Shown: one piece after another, positions 59,189 to 64,000 of the stretch
Numbering within the stretch: the first letter of the stretch is position 1
Layout of the letters: each line of letters begins with the position of its first letter
DNA from: Balamuthia mandrillaris
Lineage: Eukaryota
Assembly (NCBI GenBank): GCA_031835245.2
Contig: JAVKOQ020000068.1
Coordinates: forward strand, 1 to 64,000
Direction of reading: 5' to 3'
Length of the DNA: 64,000 nt
Position numbers and translations under genes: made by a program
Notes under the pieces: model-generated
What the model saw: the letters and a program-made list of their open reading frames with translations, nothing else
The model's database searches: none
Told to the model about the DNA's origin: nothing

Positions 59189-60207
59189 ATGCAGCGGCGC
59201 AACAACAACAACAGGAAAGGCGGCAAAAAGAGAGGCGGGGGCAACCGCACCAATAATGCTGGAGCTCCCAGCACCGCCGCTGGTGCTGCCGCCGGCTCCA
59301 GCAGTGAGGCCACCCCCACCGCCGCAGTGACCTCGAAAAGAGGGCCAGAGACGCGCCCCTCGGACGTGACGCTGCCGCTTCCCCCTTCCAAAGGGACTGG
59401 CGAGAAGAGGAGCGACGCGGCAGCTCCTTCCGGGGCGGAAGGAGGGGAAGGAGCGGCCGCCGTCTCCCTCGATGACCTCGACTACGAGGACCCTTTCCCC
59501 GATGAGGAGAGCGATGAGGGAGAGGAGGAGGTCATTGTCGACATGGCGGAGGGAGGAGAGGAAGCTCAAAACGAGGAGGAGGAAGAGGAGGGAGAGGAGG
59601 GGGCTTCCTCCTCGGCCGCAGCGGCGGCGGCTCCGGTGAGAGCCTTTCGTCCGGGCATCGACGAGCTGGCGGAGGGGCAGGTGTTGGAGTATGATAGCAG
59701 CGCCTACGACATGTTCCATCGGCTGCAGGTGGAGTGGCCCTGCTTGAGCTTTGACGTGCTCATCGATAAGCTTGGCTATGAGAGAAGCAAAGTACGCTGT
59801 TTTTTTTAACTGTTTTTTGTTTAGGTTTTCTTTGTTTGTCTCGCTCGTTGTTTTTCTTCTCATTTTATGTGTCTCTATCTTCTCTTTTCTCTCTCTCTCT
59901 TCTTTCCTACTCTTTCTCACTTGCTGTTGTGCTTCTTCCTTCTTTCATTCTTCCTTCTTCCTTCTTCCTTCTTCCTTCTTCCTTCTTCCTTCTTCCTTCT
60001 TCCTTCTTCCTTCTAAGAAATTCTATCAACACAAACTAAAATATAATACAAAAACAAAATTATAGTATCCTCACACTGTTTATGTGGTATCGGGTACTCA
60101 AGCCGATCAACCCCACAACAACAAGGTCCAGGTCATGAAAGCCTCTCAACTTCACAAAACAAGACATGACATGGACGAAGGTTTGCCTTGTTTGTCTTTT
60201 GTTTCGT

Positions 60208-60253
<46 letters not shown>

Positions 60254-61605
60254 CTCTCTCTCTCTCTTTTCTCTCTCTGTCCTTTCGGTTTCGCTTATCG
60301 GAACAAATCAAATAGACGAAGACGACGAAGAAGACGAAGACTTGGATGACGATCCCATTATTGAGTACCGCAGCTTCAAGCATGTGGGAGGAGTCAACCG
60401 GATAAGGGCAATGCCCACACAATCTGACATAGTGGCCACCTGGTCCGAGACCGGCGCTGTGCACGTGTGGGATATCGGTAAATACGTGAAAGCGCTCGAT
60501 GCGCCGCCCGCCACTCGACTCTCTGATAAGCACACTCCTTTGCAGACCTTTAGAGGTATTTATTTGCTTTTATGATTCTTTTCTTCTTAAAATCGTTTTG
60601 TTGTTTTTTTGCTTTCTTTCTCTTTCTCTTCCTCTTCCCTCCTCGTTTGTTTTTGTTTATTAATAACGCAACAACTCACTATGATAACTTTTAAAAACAA
60701 AACAAAAGGACATGGAATAGAAGGCTTTGCAATGGATTGGTCCACAACAAAAGAAGGAAGGTTGGTCACAGGCGATTGCAACAAGTTTATTTATTTATGG
60801 GAGTTCAACGCGGCTGCCTCACAATGGGCCATTTCCTCCACACCCTACTCTGGACACACTGCCTCCGTGGAGGACCTTCAATGGAGCCCTTCGGAGCAGG
60901 ACGTCTTTGCCTCTTGCTCGGTGGATCAGACCATCAAGATTTGGGATGCACGCACACCCAATCGTCCTGGTTTGAGCGCTCATGCTCACTCCTCCGATGT
61001 GAACGTTATTTCTTGGAACAGGTTTTCTTTCTCTCTTTCTTTCTCTCTCTTTTCCTCTTCTTCTTGTTGTTCTTCTTCTCAGCTTTGAAGTTGAAAAACT
61101 GACTCTAAAACTTAAAAACAGAAAAGTCAACTATTTGTTGTTGTCTGGTTCTGATGATGGCACTTTCAGGATTTGGGACTTGCGAAACTTTTCCTCGTAT
61201 GTTTCTTTCCTTCCTTCTTTTGCTTTACTTCTGTCTCCCTTCTCTAACCCGTCTCTTCGTTCGAACAAACGTTTGTTTGTTTAAAAAACCAGAGATGAGC
61301 CAGCAGCCAACATGAAGTACCATCGCGGCGCTATCACCTCCTTGGAATGGCATCCCACCGAGGAATCCATGTTGGCGGTGGCGGGAGAGGACGACCAGAT
61401 CACAACGTGGGACATGTCGTTGGAGGCGGAGGAAGAGGTGCCCGAAGGGGTGGATCAATCGGTTTTGGAGATGCCGCCGCAGCTGTTGTTCGTGCATCAG
61501 GGTCAGCACGAGGTGAAGGAGGTGCATTGGCATCCACAAATCCCTGGCACCCTCATCAGCACTTCTTCCGATGGACTTAACATTTATAAGAGCAGCAACG
61601 TCTAA
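59189..61605 (+). CDS. GRWD1: Glutamate-rich WD40 protein GRWD1/Rrb1
   Basis: LEYDSSAYDMFHRLQVEWPCLSFD, HVGGVNRIRAM, EGFAMDWS, GHTASVEDLQWSPSEQDVFASCSVD, PPQLLFVHQGQHEVKEVHWHPQIPG. Confidence 0.95.
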
Positions 61606-61610
61606 ACTTA

Positions 61611-61858
61611 TTACTTTAAAAAAATACAAATCTGCTTATTTTTTAAAAATCGAAAACAAGCTCCATGCTTCTCCTGTTTAACGAATGTAACCAATCTGAG
61701 AGAGAGAGAGAGAGAGAAGAGGATGTTAGTCAAAGAGAGAGAAGGTGGGAAAAAAAAACAAACCTTAATCTTTCGAATGGTGAGAAGCAACTCTTCTTGT
61801 TTTTTCTCCATCTCGTTAAGCTCCTATTAGAAACAAAAAGTTAAAAAAAACCAACCAC

Positions 61859-61895
<37 letters not shown>

Positions 61896-64000
61896 GTATG
61901 ATACCTCTTCAGACATTTGCTTCAAGTCTTCCGTGTTTGGAAAATTGAACCGCTCTTTCTTTCCTGCGCCCTCTCCCTCCTCTTCTTCCTCTTCTTTTTC
62001 TTTTTGGCTGAGCTGCATCTCTAACTGTTGTTTCTCCCGTTCCAAGGTATCCACTTGAGCGATGAGCTCCATGTTCCAACCGTGCAGCTCTGCCACGAAC
62101 CGGTCCTCGTCCTGCTTCTTCCGTTGAGCGGCCTCCAGTCGAGCCTCCAGTTCTTCCATTCGCGAGGTCGTTGCCCCTCGCAATGCCTCCAGTTCTTCTC
62201 GTAAACTCAAAAGTTCTATTTGTTTTTGTCGAAGTTGAGTGACAAATATAGAAGAGAGCGAGAATGAGAAACAGAGAGCGAGAGAGAGAGAGAGAGAGAG
62301 AGAGGGGAAGAAATGAATGACTAACCCTCGGAAAGAGTGGAAGTAGAAGGATCTAAACCGTTTTCAAAAGTAGAAGAGGGAGAAGAGTTTTCATCGCCCC
62401 ACTCCTCTTCAGTTTCGCTTCGCTCGTTCCCAAGAGAGGAACTCCGTTGAGGAGTCACCATTGCCGAACCATTATTTTCAGTTTTTGAGGGAGTTGTTGA
62501 AGTTGGTGATGGAGTAGAAGGAGAATCCGCATTAAGCGATCTTTTGAGTTTGTTGGTAGTTGGTGTCGTTGTGACGCTTGAAGAAGGAGAAGAAGAGCCG
62601 ACTTTAGTGGACGCACTGATAGCTCTTCTGCGCTTCTGGTGAGACAAACTGCTACTATTATTACTGCTGTTGACTTGTGGGTTTTGTTGAGCCATTCTGC
62701 AGATTTTGGAGACTTTCAACCGGTCCAAGTCTTCGTTGAGCACCAGATAAGTCTGTGCAAAGTCATCCCCGTGAATCTCAACCAGGGCAGCCAATATGTT
62801 GTAGGCCGCGTCACGTACTTTCGCTTGCGTGTCGTCCGTACACTATTCATTTGTAAGAAATGATAGGAAAGAAACGACAATATAAATACAAAGAGAAAGA
62901 GAGAAAGGATAGAACGAATGCAAGAAACCTTGAGAAGGAGTTCAGTCCAAGGAGCCACATCAGAACCCAACGTCTGGCCTTGCGTCGATAAAACACACTT
63001 GAGCATCCACTTGAGGCACTCGCTTTTAACTCTGGGCACTTTGTGATTCACGAGAGTGTTGGTGATCTCGTTCATCAGGTCCGACAGTTGAAAGGAGTGA
63101 GCGTGCATTTCGGTGAGGGCTGAGTGAGAGGCGGCGACTAGAAGAGCTTTCTTATCTTTAAACGTATCGAGCAACAATGGACAGAGACGGCGTGCATAGG
63201 GAAGAAAATCGCGGCGTAGACCGCGTGATAGAACACCGATTGCTTTTAGGGCGCTCGCAACTACCACTGTTTTGTTATAAGATAAATTCTTTTTGGATCA
63301 ACACAAATATGTGTGTTAGTTTGTTCTCTTTAACAAGAATGAAGACAGAAAAAGGAAGACGAACGGACGTACATCATGAAGCTTCTGAACAACTTTAGAG
63401 TAATCGCCTGGTTTAAGGAGGTACGGTGGAATATTGCACGCATTTATCAATTCGTCGATCTGTTCCTTTCTTGTTTGCCATTTTTCTGATTCCTGCTCGT
63501 TTGTTCTCGTTAAAAGAATGACGAAGCAAACATGGAACACAGGTGAGTAAAGCGAGCAAGTACCATTTCTTTGTACCAATCGCTTGTAAGTGTTGATAAG
63601 AGGTTGATACCTGATGATGATGAAGTTGAAGAGACATCGTGGACTGATGTTTCGCTATGGTGGATCTCTCCATCTTTGCTTGTCTTTTCTTGTTGCACAA
63701 ACGAAGAAGAATAAGCGGATGGCGAAGAAACATGACTCAACGGCGAAGATGTAAACGAGGAAGCAAACGGCGTTGCAGGAGCTGAAGCTGCGTGCAAATG
63801 ATGTTGAGGTTGCGGATGAAGGGGAGTGGAAGGTGTTGACTCGAACCCTCGTAAAGCAGGAGAAGAAGGAGCAGACGAAGAAGGAGAATCAGCGACAGTG
63901 GAAGAAAGGCTTCGATGTCGATGACGTGGCGATGGTGGTGGCGAGGAAGTGTTGCTGTTGTTTACATTTGGTTGTTTCTGAGAGGAGGGAACAAGTTCGA
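61611..64000 (-). CDS. TOG (HEAT) domain protein with a C-terminal coiled coil; 5' part lies outside the window
   Basis: DWYKEM/ESEKWQTRKEQID...LKPGDYSKVV...VLSRGLRRDF...LLDTFKDKK...NHKVPRVK...DLDRLKVSKI resembles an XMAP215/ch-TOG TOG domain. The 3' end is uncertain (61611-61680). Confidence 0.75.

Overview
Gene-dense, intron-rich eukaryotic nuclear DNA. Short GT-AG introns full of CT/CTT microsatellites and short divergent promoters suggest a free-living amoebozoan (Acanthamoeba/Balamuthia-like; inference only). I can support about 25 spliced protein genes: RPF2, DEX1-like, ASPM, Rab24, mitochondrial L9, Di19-type zinc finger, RPE, two orphan genes in a compositionally distinct 2.3 kb island, an SH3/coiled-coil protein, a Tim17-family protein, an RME-8/DNAJC13-like protein, MCMBP, a claudin-like membrane protein, BRD8, NOL8, VPS45, an MDR oxidoreductase, FHIP/FAM160, RMND5, THOC7, a zinc-ribbon protein, GRWD1 and a partial TOG-domain gene. 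There is also one tRNA-Asp(GTC). The main candidates for novelty are: (1) an unassigned ~330-nt, heavily base-paired + strand element at 53.0-53.3 kb; (2) an RME-8 paralogue that lacks the J domain and begins with a myristoylation-type N-terminus; (3) a palindromic GTCGAC element concentrated in promoters; (4) a foreign-looking island at 21.2-23.5 kb; (5) an ASPM with about 67 IQ repeats, nearly all in one 4.6 kb exon. Exon boundaries were read by eye, CDS spans include introns, and family calls rest on recalled motifs rather than database searches.
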